From Scyliorhinus canicula (taxonomy: Eukaryota): 64,000 nt of DNA. Made by a program: the position numbers and the translations under genes. How positions within the stretch are numbered: position 1 is the first letter of the stretch; each line of letters begins with the position of its first letter. The notes under the pieces are model-generated. The model did no database searches, was not told where the DNA came from, and worked only from the letters and a program-made list of their open reading frames with translations. This document shows positions 11,614 through 24,149 of this stretch, piece by piece. Where the stretch lies: contig NC_052157.1 in assembly GCF_902713615.1 (NCBI RefSeq), forward strand, positions 147,041,171 to 147,105,170, in the 5' to 3' direction.

Positions 11614-13328
11614 TTGGAAGGGTACCAGTGAGATTGCTTCCTAATTTTTTCTCTCGTTTTGAGGGGTTTAAAAAAAACAAAGAAGGACTATTTCTCTTAC
11701 TAATGCACGTTTCGAATGTGGTTCAACAAATATTTGCACAAATACCCCAAGCAGTTTTTTAAAAAAAAAACAAAACTCTGCAATCGTCTTGCATCCATTT
11801 TTATATATAGCTGGCTCAATAAATGTGGAATATTTTAATACCTTGTATCTGTTGTTGTGATTATTAAGGTTTACTCCGATTATCTGAAGCCATTGATTTG
11901 AGGCCTTTGTGCTTCAGAAGGCAACTTTTTCAGGACTCTGGATGTAGTCTAACTTAATATTGCTTCAAGCTGGCACTGAAAAGGGGAATTTAACCCAGTT
12001 GAAGAGCATGTGTTAAGATGTGCACTGCGACTGTAAGCGTTTCAAGTTTGCACGCACACTTGACAAATGTGGTGTTGCATTCTGAATATCTGACTAGGCT
12101 TTGCAGCAATGATTTTAAGTGTGTAGGGGAAGAAGATCATCTTTGGGAAACGTGACACCCGTTCTGAAATAATTCAGATAATCCGTGAAATAGATCAGCT
12201 CTGCTGATGTATGTTTGGTAATTAAAATTGACTATTGTGCGACCCAGTCTTAAAAGGGCATGGTCATTTGACTTTGAACTCTGTGTTTCGTCCACATTCA
12301 AAATTGGGAGTGGCGAACGTTTTATTAAACCAATGTTTTAGCATTAAAACTTGAAAAATGTAGAATTTTAATTGGATTTTCAAGCAGTGCAAGTCCACAC
12401 CATCTCTAGACCAGCATGACATAAGGAGTTCCCCAGGATTTGTACTCAAACCCCAGTGTAATATAAGTGTACATGGCCAATGCATGTTTTGTCACCTATT
12501 CTTAACAATAAAAGCCAATTTATTTTGGAGTTTCTCAAAATGAGTACATATGTAATGGTGTAGGTATAAGTATAAAGAATGCCTCAGATACCATTTAAAA
12601 ATGTTCCTCGACTACTGAATCTACTGTTTTTTAAAAGACAAGTAATTACTTGGGATTTTTTAGTGCTAAGTGTGGGGGTCATGCTATGCTGGGGATAGAA
12701 ATAGCCATTTCACAATCTGTACCTCATGACCACGTCAAACGTGTTCCAATTCATTGTAGCTTGGAGAGGTTGCAGGGTGAAAACAGACCAATACGTCTCG
12801 ACTCCATCTTTACGAGAGCACTCCCAAATGCACACCGATGTGCAATTTCCTTTGTCCAACTCCTCCACCTATAAAGCATAAGGTTTTCAATTTGGAGCAG
12901 TGTTCTACTTGGCAGTTTTATGCCGCGGGCTATCTGGACGTTAGTTCTTCCTGCTGCAGAGGGTCCAAAGTGAACTTTCCTTTGTCAAGACTCTTGAAAT
13001 CTGGTTCAGGTCCCACATAGGGGAGGACATGATGACTACCTGACAGTACTGTCCATTTTGTCTTATCTACAAAATTGCTTATTTGTGTTGGAGCAGATTG
13101 GATGGAAGTGTACAGGTGTTGATGGGTTTGGATCGGTTAGATGGGGGTTGGGGTTGCGGGGCAGGGGAGAGGGGGGGGGGGGGTGCCTTTCCCATTAGCT
13201 GGTGGTACAAGGGTGAAAGGAGACAGATTTAGGTTTGAGGAAGAGATGCAGGGAGAATGCGAGGGTGAATTTTTAAAAAAAATGTCCAGTGAGTACTGAT
13301 GACTTGAACTGCTGCTAGTGATGATATT

Positions 13329-13542
13329 CATGATGTGGAGATGCCGGCGTTGGAATGGGGTGAGCACAGTAAGAAGTCTTACAACACCAGGTTAAAGTCC
13401 AACAGGTTTGTTTCAAACACTAGCTTTCGGAGCACTGCTCCTTCCTCGGGCTACTTCCTCACCTGAAGAAGGAGCAGTGCTCCGAAAGCTAGTGTTTGAA
13501 ACAAACATGTTGGACTTTAACCTGGTGTTGTAAGACTTCTTA
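13329..13542. mobile_element. Penelope-like terminal-repeat palindrome with a minimal type I hammerhead motif
   Basis: 75-nt inverted arms at 13370-13444 and 13468-13542 (1 mismatch). CAC-CTGAAGA-A-GGAGC/AGT/GCTCC-GAAAGCT-A-GTG at 13460-13494. Flanking 10-bp direct repeat TGATGATATT. Confidence 0.7.
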
Positions 13543-16500
13543 CAATGATGATATTGGAAGCAGACTGAGGCAAGTGATGATTTCCAAAAGAGATTCTGGG
13601 CTATGGGGTGAGATAGTTGGTCTGACTGGATTTCTGGCAACAGCTGGCATGGACTCTATGGGCCTCCTGTCTTGACTCTTATGACCTCTTTGCTGGGAAG
13701 TGGAATGCGTTTGGGTGCTGTACAAAGTGGCTGGTTAGCTTCCATGCTGTTCTATGGCAAATGGCACACTTTCACACCCAAGGATATAGAGTAGAGGTCC
13801 AGCTTCAGTCTTTCTGTCAGATGTAGTACTGTGTCTTAGTGAAATGATTTGTCGTAACCCGAATCTAGCTGAGAATGGGCCTAATCTGGCTGCAGTGTGC
13901 TGGTGGAGGGGAATGTAACGCGAGTAAATCTGATGTCAGCACAGTAAATGCAATAATCCACACTTGTCACTTTGGAATTGCTCAGGACCGTGCTGGTCCT
14001 TATTCTCCAGTTTAACCCAACCTGATGCACTTTATAGGTGGAGATTTGAAAGTGTATGCACACCCCGTCTATAAACATGAAATGAAATGTTGTAGAATGG
14101 CTTCATTGTATTACAGTTTGGATTAAAGTGCACATACCGTGAAAGCTATGTGCCAGGAATAGCATTCCACAGCATGAGGAATTTTTTTAAAAAAGGCTGA
14201 GTGGCTTGGTGAAGACTTTTTGCATTTTATTTTTACCCCATTTTTACTTGATCCTAAATGTTAAGGAATTGGCTATATATCTAAAACACTACAGCCCTGT
14301 TCTTGGATTGCGATGGGAGGTGAGGTTTTCCTGGTATTTACCTCTCAAAATGAATTATTGCTATAATACTTTGTTCAGATATTTCACTTGTACATCAGAA
14401 CATTGTTTGGCCTGACATGGATAGATTTTGATGCATGAAAGGCGTTAAAAATAGTTTTGTATTTCTCCAAGGAGAACTTTGTGATTTGAAAAGGGTGTAA
14501 ATTATGAATAAAAAAAACACGATGACACTATAGATTTTGCATCTTGATGTATTAGTGTGCTGGAATGTTATATTAACAAATAATTGCCATGGTTTTGATG
14601 TCTGTTGGGGTGGTGTATTGGTAATATACTGTGCCTCAAGTGTGGGCTTGAGTCTGCAACACTACAAACTATTCCAGATCTTGGATGTGCCAATAGAGAG
14701 AAGATCTCAGACTTTAACGATGCCGGCAAAGGGAGCAAAGTTAGGAAAATTAGATTGACACCACCTCGTACCACCCCAGGAGCCAGCAAAAAAAAAATGC
14801 TGCTTGACCAAAGGAGATTGAGGAAATTAGTGACTTAAAATATGGGAAAAGGGATAACTAATTGAGTTGAACGTGTGTGTCAGTTGGGTATAGTTCCATC
14901 TTTTTTTTTATTAGCAATGCCATTGAAGCCCTGCTTTTGAGCTGGCCCCTGTGACATTGGTTTAGCCGTTTCATTCTGCCACATTAACTTTGGAGCCCTT
15001 GCAGTAAAACAGGATTGCTCTTTTAGAGCCTTGTTGAAACCCAGAGAAAACATTGCAAAACCTTCCATTCATGCAGACTTGCTGACTGCAACGACTTTAG
15101 CAGCAAGGAATAGAGCCAAGCAGAATTTTGAGGAAAAATATTACTTTAATGATTTCAACATTCAGTCCAATAAATTCAGCATACAATAAAAGTGAAAGAA
15201 TTCCTGAGGAAACAATTTATAAACTGTTACAATTCTAAAGTAATGAGATCAATATGTAGTTTGCCTTTGTAAACAAGTATCCGTGTGTACTTTTGAACTA
15301 AGTTGCGATACATTAAAAGGCTAAATTTAATTTGGAATCCGAATGTGCCACTTTTCTGAATGATGGCCTTTTCATTTATCTGTAGTAGATTACTATGGAA
15401 ATTGAAGGCGTGTATGTACATACACATTGTGCAAAGTTATTTTCAAGAGGGGGGAGGATCTTTGAAGAGTACTATGGTCTGAGTTGGAGCCCTGGTTCTA
15501 GCCAGTAACTCCATTTAGAACAGGACATAATCTTCCTCCGGTTGTTTGCTGGACTATGGAGCCTTGTTACTGATCTGCACCCAGATTTGGGAGAACGTTT
15601 ATGTTCACTAATGATACATTTATAGAAGATACAGAATTTTGCACATGCTGTGTTTTATGATTAAAGGGCCCACAAAACCTATGAGCAACGACTGAGAAGC
15701 ACAGACCCTTTGGTCCATTCAAACTATTCCACACAACTGTGATACCTTGTGTATCACAATATATACAATCCTCACCACACTTTAAAACTAGATAACATCC
15801 TGGGAGAGGCAAAATGCCAGATTAAACAGGCCAGTTTTGGGGTGGGGCAGGGGAACCAGGGAAATCTCTGGCCCAACTAGATGATCCAAACTAGTCCGGG
15901 AGATCGCTCTGGCCCTGAAGTACCTACCTTTTGTGAGAGGTGATCTCTGCTTCAATTAGAAATGGATCTGGCTCTCACTTGAAGTAATTCAGCCAATTAG
16001 CATGCACTGCACGAGATGCCAGTCCTATTCCAGAGGTTCACCATTCTCTAGGAAAAGAATCACCTGATGTCTAACCGCGATCAGACCTCGTACAATTCCT
16101 GATCCTCACTAACCTATTTATTTGAAACAAACTAACGTGGAACACTATTCCCTTTTAGTCTGGTTCAATAACTTTGATGTTGATGCTGCGAATTGCAGCT
16201 GAAAATTTCTATATAAATATGTAATCTTTGGTAGTATATTGCAGCACTCGATACTTTCAGTTGAAGAATTCCATCCCTTTACTCATTTTGTTCAGATTAC
16301 CAATGATTTCCTTCTCCACTAACAATCATTCATGTTTTATCTTTTATTGTGGCTTAAGTTTTGAGCGAAAAGGTCTTTAATCATAATGTATGCATGTTAT
16401 ACTCTGTTCAATTGGGTGCTCACCCCCCCCCCCCCCCCCCCTTCCCAACTGCGTATGTCTACTCTGCACAATCCATGGTCAGTTGTAAGGTACTTGTTTA

Positions 16501-16649
16501 TGGACTTCCACCAATGTCCTTTTGAGACTGGGTGTGCATGCAGAACTAAATAACTATGAGCTGCAGAAAGAGCTGTTAAGATCTCGCTATCTCACCTGAA
16601 TCAAGGTGGTTTCTGATTCAGTCTGACTTACTCCATGAGCTAACATTAG

Positions 16650-16825
16650 GCCCCTCCAGTCCAAAGACGTTCAGGTTAGGTGGATTGGCTGTGATAAATT
16701 GCCCTTAGTGACCAAAAAGGTTAGGAGGGGTTATTGGGTTACGGGGATAGGGTGAAAGTGAGGGCTTAAGTGGGTCGGTGCAGACTCGATGGGCCAAATG
16801 GCCTCCTTCTGCACTGTATGTTCTA
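16650..16825 (+). mobile_element. V-SINE 3' half
   Basis: Central domain end plus tail GGGCCAAATGGCCTCCTTCTGCACTGT. Confidence 0.8.
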
Positions 16826-16962
16826 CTTGCTGGCCTGTCCAATCATCCAATGACAATACAGCAGCATCTGCCAATATTACACATTTGATGTGGAAAAGGT
16901 TAATGGCGCTTGACACTGCGACAAAGGAAATGTGAGGGCGGGTGACTAAAAATTAGGTACAG

Positions 16963-17404
16963 TAAGAGGTTTTACAACACCAGGTTAAAGTCCAACAGGT
17001 TTATTTGGAATCACTAGCTTTTGGAGCGTAGCTCCTTCATCACTCACCTGATGAAGGAGCTACACTCCGAAAGCTAGTGATTCCAAATAAACATGTTGGA
17101 CTTTTTTTTTAATTTAGAGTACCCAATTATTATTTTTTTCTAATTAAGAGGCAATTTAGCTTGGCTAATCCTCCTAACCTACAGATCTTTGGGTTGTGGG
17201 CGTGAAACCCACGCAGACACGGAGAATGTGCAAACTCCACACGGAAAATGACCCAGGGCCGGGATTCCAACCCGGGTCCTCAGCGTAGTAGGCAGCAGTG
17301 CTAAGCAGTGTGCCACATGCTGCCCAAACCTGTTGGACTTTAACCTGGTGTTGTAAGACTTCTTCATGTACCCACCCCAGTCCAACGCCGGCATCTCTGC
17401 ATCA
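16963..17404. mobile_element. Second Penelope-like palindrome with a hammerhead motif, interrupted by a SINE
   Basis: Same family as 13329-13542. TCAC-CTGATGA-A-GGAG/CTACA/CTCC-GAAAGCT-A-GTGA at 17044-17080. Right arm split at 17104/17326. Confidence 0.7.
17105..17325 (-). mobile_element. Short A-tailed V-SINE with a 16-bp TSD, inserted in a Penelope-like arm
   Basis: TSD AAAC(A/C)TGTTGGACTTT at 17089-17104 and 17326-17341; poly(A) tail. Confidence 0.88.
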
Positions 17405-18643
17405 TAAAAATTAGGTCAAATAGGGAAGATTTAAAGAAGGCCCGAAAGGAGGGAAAGGTGCAGGTGTGGAAAGGATGATGACCAGAGCTTAGGGCCCAGG
17501 CAGCTGAAGGCACAGCGGCCAATTGTGTGGTATAGGGAAATGCACATGTGGAAAGAGTTAGATAAATGCAGAGTTCTTGTTTGGTTGTAGGACTGGAGGA
17601 GTTTAAGAGAAAAGTGGGGGGCAAATCCATGGAGGAATCTGAACACTGGGAAGAGAATTTTAACATAAAAATTACAGGACCGGCAGATAATATAGGTTAG
17701 TGAGCACAGCATGGGGTGATGGTGGGAAGGACTTGGCGCAGGTTAGAATTATAGCAACAGAGTTTTGGATGATCTAGCATTCGTTGAGGACGGATGGAAG
17801 GCTGGCCAGGGTTGTCTTTCCAATAATAGAGCCTGGAACTAATAAAATGAGGGTTTCAGTAGCTGACTAGCCATGACAGGACAGAGATGGGCAATCCTAT
17901 AGAGGTGGAATAGAGGATGTGGGGTTGAAAGTTCAGTTGAGGGTCAAATAGAATGTGAGGTTGCATACAATCGCAAATCTACCTAAAAAAACTCTTCCAA
18001 GGCAAAATAATTCCCTTTCACTTGTTCTTTGAAAGTGAAGATAACTTTGGTTCTGAGGAACATATTTTGCTTTCTTTTGTAATAAGGGGTGTGACATTAG
18101 ATGATTGGCAGGGAAATGGGGTCTGTCACCGTGATCAGTTGCAAGACTTGCACATCTAATGTTTTAAAAGTGTAGTCTGCAGCATCCTTCTGAATCAATG
18201 GCATTGCCATGAGTGCAGTGTGCCACAGAACTTGTGACAGTCCACACCAGCTGAACAATGAAACTACGCATTAAGTCCTTGATTATCTGCACCACGTGGC
18301 AAATGTAAAATCAGGAACTTTTGGTGTATAGAATGGTTTTTTAAAAAAACTGCGGCTGGCACAGCATTTTCTTCTTAAAGTAATTTGAGAGACAACTGCA
18401 TAAATAACAAATGAACGTACAATCATTTTAAATTTGCGGTAGGTTTAAATTAATTCATAGCAAAATTGATATTGACAATTTAATGATTTTTTTTCTTATT
18501 TAATGTTTTCAACGCTGATTTTAAAAAAAAAAAAAAGAAAAATTTTTACAAAGTCGTGTCAGTCTTCTATTAAGTCTTAGCCCATCCTCCGGTATGGTGG
18601 AACTATAAGAAGCATTTTGAATGTAGGGGTTTGACAAAGACAA

Positions 18644-18875
18644 GGCACGGTAGCACAGTGGTTAGCTCTGCACTTCAGAGCTCCAGGGTCGATTCCCAGC
18701 TTGGGTCACTGTCTGTGCAGAGTCTGTACATTCTTCCCATGTCTGTGTGGGTTTCCTCCCACAGTCCAAAGATGTGCAGGTTAGGTGGATTGGCCATGAT
18801 AAATTGCCCTTAATGTCCAAAAAAGGTTAGGTGGGGTTATGGGGATAGGGAGGAGGTGTGGGCTTAAGTAGGCAT
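18644..18875 (+). mobile_element. V-SINE, 3'-incomplete
   Basis: GGCACGGTAGCACAGTGGTTAGC head and central domain. Confidence 0.8.
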
Positions 18876-19092
18876 AATTCTAACCATGATTAAAAGAAAG
18901 GTTCTGTGTTTTCCAATCACCTTTAACTCACCAGAATGTAAAATTGTGCTTTTGGTGTACTATTCCTGCTCTGTGCTGGTGCAACTTCACAGAATGAGTC
19001 CTTTGCTACTTTCAAATCCACATCACTAGCTGCCGAATTTTTCAGTTGTTAAAGTGTCATAATGTGCATTAATATGTGAAATTATAACCAAT

Positions 19093-19098
19093 TTTATT
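19093..19098 (-). terminator. Candidate LIAT1 polyadenylation signal
   Basis: AATAAA on the minus strand about 790 nt downstream of the stop. Confidence 0.3.
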
Positions 19099-19886
19099 AT
19101 GTTTATCCCGTGCCATGGGAGAGGGAAGGAAGGATGACCCAGTTCAGAGTATCGCCAATGTGATACATTAAATGGCGACAGAGAGGTGTGAGTGAGTGGC
19201 CAGAGCTGGCTCAACAGTATGGTTTGGTTTTTCACACCCATGGAGCTATTGCTGCACCACCACCACCACCACCATCATCCCCCAATTTATATTCGCATTC
19301 ACCAAAGAGCAAAACTCCATAGCAAGAAAGTGGACACCTTGACCTCCTAGGGGTTACAAATTACATGTACAAAATATATTCAAGCACCTCAGCAAGTATG
19401 GTTTGGTCTGAATTTGCATTTTTTAAAAAAGCCATCACCCTGAGAAATTGTCGGCTTAAATGCCGATTGACTGTACCTGATAATGATAACTGGAATATAA
19501 AGCCACTTCAGATGCAAGGATCTCTGTTATTTTCCCCCAAAAATGGAAAGACAATCAGATTCAAACCCCTTATATTTTTCTTCACTCAGATCAAAATATC
19601 TTGTGATTACAGAGTGTTGCAGTGCCTAACTAGATTGCCTCAAACTATTAACAAGTGTACACTAGTCAACATTCTGAAACCAAAAGCGAAGGTTTGAAAC
19701 ACATTGGCCATTACATGTCCTGGTTGGTTGTCAAAGTTTTCTTTTAGACCATTTAAGAAACCATAAAGAAAGGGGGATTTAAACCACTTTCATATTGGTT
19801 TTTGTAGATTTATAACTGCAAGGAACATTCTGGGATTCGAGAGGTATGGACTGGGATTCTGGCTCAGGCAATTTTGAAATTTGATG

Positions 19887-20363
<477 letters not shown>

Positions 20364-21769
20364 TTATAAAAAGACAGCAGATTTGAAGAGTTTTATCATT
20401 TTTTAGGCAGGTTGGTAGAAGTAGGTTCCAGCAACTCAGATTACTATGACATGGAACCTCTGTATTAGTGTCAAGATGCATTACCATTAAAAGAATGAAG
20501 ATTTCATTGCAATACAACTATCCCTCTATTTAATTCTGCATCAGACAGGGGGAGACTACGGTTTGGAGTATTGTGCCTGCTCAACATTTTGTACTTGTTA
20601 CTTTTGCTCGGTGAATCTGCACATGGCTCTCATCTCACTCAGATCAGGAATCAGGCATGTGGGGAAGCACTGGATGAACCTACATCTTACCACTTTGTAC
20701 AACTACACTGTGCACTTTGTAGGTTGCATCAGTGTGCTGTCATTTTAACTCTTAAACTGCCACCATCCGGATTTCTCTGCAGTTATAAAATGTCTGTACC
20801 ATATTCAGGTGAGAAAGTAAGCAAGCAGCCTTCCCGAGATACGTGCGAATGTCACTCCAAGATTGTGAGCAAATTAAGTTAAAATTCGGTCTTGTGGATC
20901 AGCTACCATTTACAAAATATTTCAGCCTGTGATGCTGCACAAATTCTGTGGTTCTGTAAATGTCTTCTACTATTCCCAGGTATGTCTTTATTCTGTAACA
21001 CGGTAAAGGGAGTGGCATATTATCAGGATTAGGCAATACTATTCCAGGCATCAGAATGTTTATTATGCTTGCTCTGTTACAGTTTGTAGTCACAGGATGC
21101 CATCTACTGGTATCTATACAAACTACAATACAATAATCTCTCAAGAATTTGATCGTGCTGTTCATGAAGGCCTGTCTTTTCAACCTTGCCCCTCCCCTGA
21201 GGTGTGGTGATCTTCAGGTTAAATCACTCTACCCATTAAAGAGGAAATCTGGGACAATGATGACTTAAAAACAATAATACATTGCCGTCTGGGTGATGCT
21301 GCTTTCATTACTCAGTAACTCGAGGTGATTAAAATTTGGTTAAAGAATTTGCACTGAACAGAATGAATCTGAGCTCTGTGGAGCTTTCCACAACAACATT
21401 CCATCTCTAATACAAAATGGGAAAACTTGTTCAAATATGAATAAATTTACACATAATATAGTCACTGTCATCCGACTTCTCTGTGGAAAGCTGTCCAGTA
21501 CTCAGGGAGAGGTAAATTATCTTAAAATAAACAAACATGGAGCTTTTTGGGACTAGTTTTAATTATTATTTTGCCTAGTACCTTAAAGAAGGATGCACAT
21601 AAGTAATGGGGTTTGCAGTTATTCATGTGTTTGCAACGTGATATAAAATTCAAAAAGGTTTATTGCTACAATGTCAGCAAAAGTGGTTCAAGCTTTACTA
21701 GGAAGCTGATTGCAGTCAGAAAATCCATACCACACAACTGTTAAATATCACAGCCCTGTGCTTACAAAA

Positions 21770-22130
21770 TATGTGAAGGCTTTCAAGGGAGTACAGAAGA
21801 AATGTACTTGATCGCTCTCTGGGATGGGGAATACAGTTATGTGGCTGGATTGGAGAAACTGGGATTGTTCTCTTTAGAGTTGGGGAAGTGAAGAAAAGAT
21901 TTGATGGAGGGGTTTAAAGTCATGAAGGGTTTAGATAGAGTAAACAAACAGAAACAGTTTCTAATGGCAGACGGGGCGATAACCAGAGGGCAGAGTGGGT
22001 GACTGGCAAATGAATCTGAGGTGGCACGAGGGAATGCTTTTATATGCAACGTGTGGTTAGGATTAGGAATGTACTGCCTGATTGCGTGATGGAAACAGAT
22101 TCGATAGTGGGGATCATGGGAAAGGTTTGT
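21770..22130 (+). mobile_element. CR1-type LINE fragment (degenerate)
   Basis: GGATTGGAGAAACTGGGATTGTTCTCTTTAGAG...GAGGGGTTTAAAGTCATGAAGGGTTTAGATAGAGT, a CR1 ORF2 C-terminal pattern. Confidence 0.7.
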
Positions 22131-22810
22131 GAGGTCTAGACCTACAATTCCCTGCCAAGCCACGCACCCACGTCAAAAGGGGTATGGGCTGGGCAAATTA
22201 GTCTGCCACAACTCTCCAACTCTCACTCATGACTCGAAGCAGCTGGATGTGCACACCTGTGCCTATGCTCTGGGATCTTGACTTGGCCATTGTGCAAAAC
22301 TAATTGAGGGGTCTATCAGCTTCAGCATGTGTGGTGTGAGGGTGTCATCCCTTCTCATATGCACAAAGACTGGGAGAATAAAATTACAGGGTCGCAGAGA
22401 AAAAGCAGGAAAATTATTTAACTGGATTGCTCTTCGAAAGAGCTGGCAGGGGCTCAATGAACAGAAAGATCTCCTTCTGTGCTGTACTATTCCTTGATCC
22501 AGAGCTTCCACCAGCAGACGAGTAAAGTGTCCTCTGGTGTTTTTGCTTAGGCTATTAACACATTACCAGGAAAAAAGAAAGTTGAGGAAAAATTGACATA
22601 GGTGAAATAGGAACATAATCAGAAACAAAGCCCAAACAAGTGCGTTTGCACATAGTGAGTCTATTGAACCTGATGGGGTGGGAGATGAATTGGTACTTTG
22701 GATGAATACAGACCCGTTATCAGAACAGAGCACTGATATGTAGGGCAGCTGTACCTTCCCTGGCAACGACATGTTCTTTGAGAGTTTCAGGCAGGTGATG
22801 CACTATTTTC

Positions 22811-23030
22811 TTTTTTTAAATAAATTTGGAGTACCCAATTATTGTTTCCAATTAAGGGGCAATTTACCATGGCCAATCCACCTGCCACACACATCTTTGG
22901 GTTGTGGGGGTGAAACCCACGCAGACATGGGGAGAATGTCCAAACTCCGCATGGACAGTGACCCGGGGCCGGGATCGAACCCGGGTCCTCAGCGCCGTGA
23001 GACAGCAATACTAACCACTGCGCCGCCCCT
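22811..23030 (-). mobile_element. Short A-tailed V-SINE with a 15-bp TSD, in the LIAT1 intron
   Basis: TSD TGATGCACTATTTTC at 22796-22810 and 23050-23064, with 19 nt of extra A/T sequence at the 5' junction. Confidence 0.85.
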
Positions 23031-23484
23031 TTTTAAAAAAAATAATAACTGATGCACTATTTTCATTTCAAATCTTTTCCAAGTCTCTCTTTCTCCAATT
23101 TTCTCACCTTTTTCTTTATGCTTCCCACTACTGAGCTATTCATCTGTTCTTTATGTCTTTAATTTTGTTAATGCTTCTTTCCAGGCAAGATAACTTCCAA
23201 CCGATCATTCCATTGCCATTTCATCTGTGTGTTGTCTGCTTTTTAAATATATTTCCCCTCCCTTCACCCCTTTCTGATGCCAATAATAGACTTCTATATT
23301 GCTGGAGAAGTTTAGGAGTCCAAAATGCTGTCTCCTTCATCACAGGGGCTGACAGACCAATCTGTTTTTGTTGGAGCTTTCTGTGTTGCGTGTTTTAAAG
23401 GCAACATTTACCTTTTAGTGTGCTGAGTATATTTCACATGTTTTGACTTTAATAATCCAGATACAAATTTTAAATTTGCCCTAC

Positions 23485-23659
23485 CCGCAACAGTCTCTTC
23501 TGAAGTGGATGGCGTACTTGAAGAATGTCTTCTCATCCTCGAGGACTTCTTCTTCTCCTTGTCTCTCCTTTTCTTAATTTTCTTCTTTTGGGCTGACTCC
23601 GCGGTCAGATTTGTGGTCGACATGGCCTTGTGTTTGCTGGCCGGCCTTTTGCTCTCCAT
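23485..23659 (-). CDS. LIAT1: LIAT1 first coding exon (MESKRP...QKKKIKKRRDKEKKKSSRMRR...ETVA), lysine-rich
   Basis: ATG at 23659; acceptor ttcgcag| at 23687. The phase-1 donor GCGG|gtaggg at 23485 restores frame with the last exon, giving a 202 aa product. The poly-K tract is typical of LIAT1. Confidence 0.8.
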
Positions 23660-24149
23660 CCTTAATCAACTCTCGGCCTTCCTCAACCTGCGAACTTGTA
23701 TCCAATTTTTATAAAATTCCCCCCCCTGCCCCCAAAGTCTGATCAGTGAATCTTTTGTTTAACTTTCGCAGTATAATAAATATCTTCCAAAGGATGGGGA
23801 GGTTTTCAAAAGAATATTTGGAAGCACCAATACCCAATGTCTCTGCTTCTCAGAGGCGGTTGCAACAGATTCTGAAGTCGAGGTACTAACAATTTTTGGT
23901 GCTGCTCTCTTTCCCAACTGTCCTGGTTATGGGTTTGTGGTCTATCCTCCCAATATCTTTAGGCTTATGGAGGATTTTTAGACAATATATCCTGGTATAA
24001 TTGTTTGCTCTGCGTGCTCTGAGGCAATTGCTCTCACCTATAGCAGACAGGCCAGTTTGTACCCTATGTTTATTCCAATTGCCTCCTATTTAATCTATTC
24101 CTTTTTTTTCCCCTTCTTATTCTTTTCCCAGCCTGAATTTATATATCTC

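Noticed and set aside
13370-13542. Possible pre-miRNA or DNA-transposon MITE
   Set aside because: The arms are asymmetric extensions of a retroelement-like terminal repeat with a hammerhead core. A Penelope-like origin fits better, though small-RNA production is not excluded.
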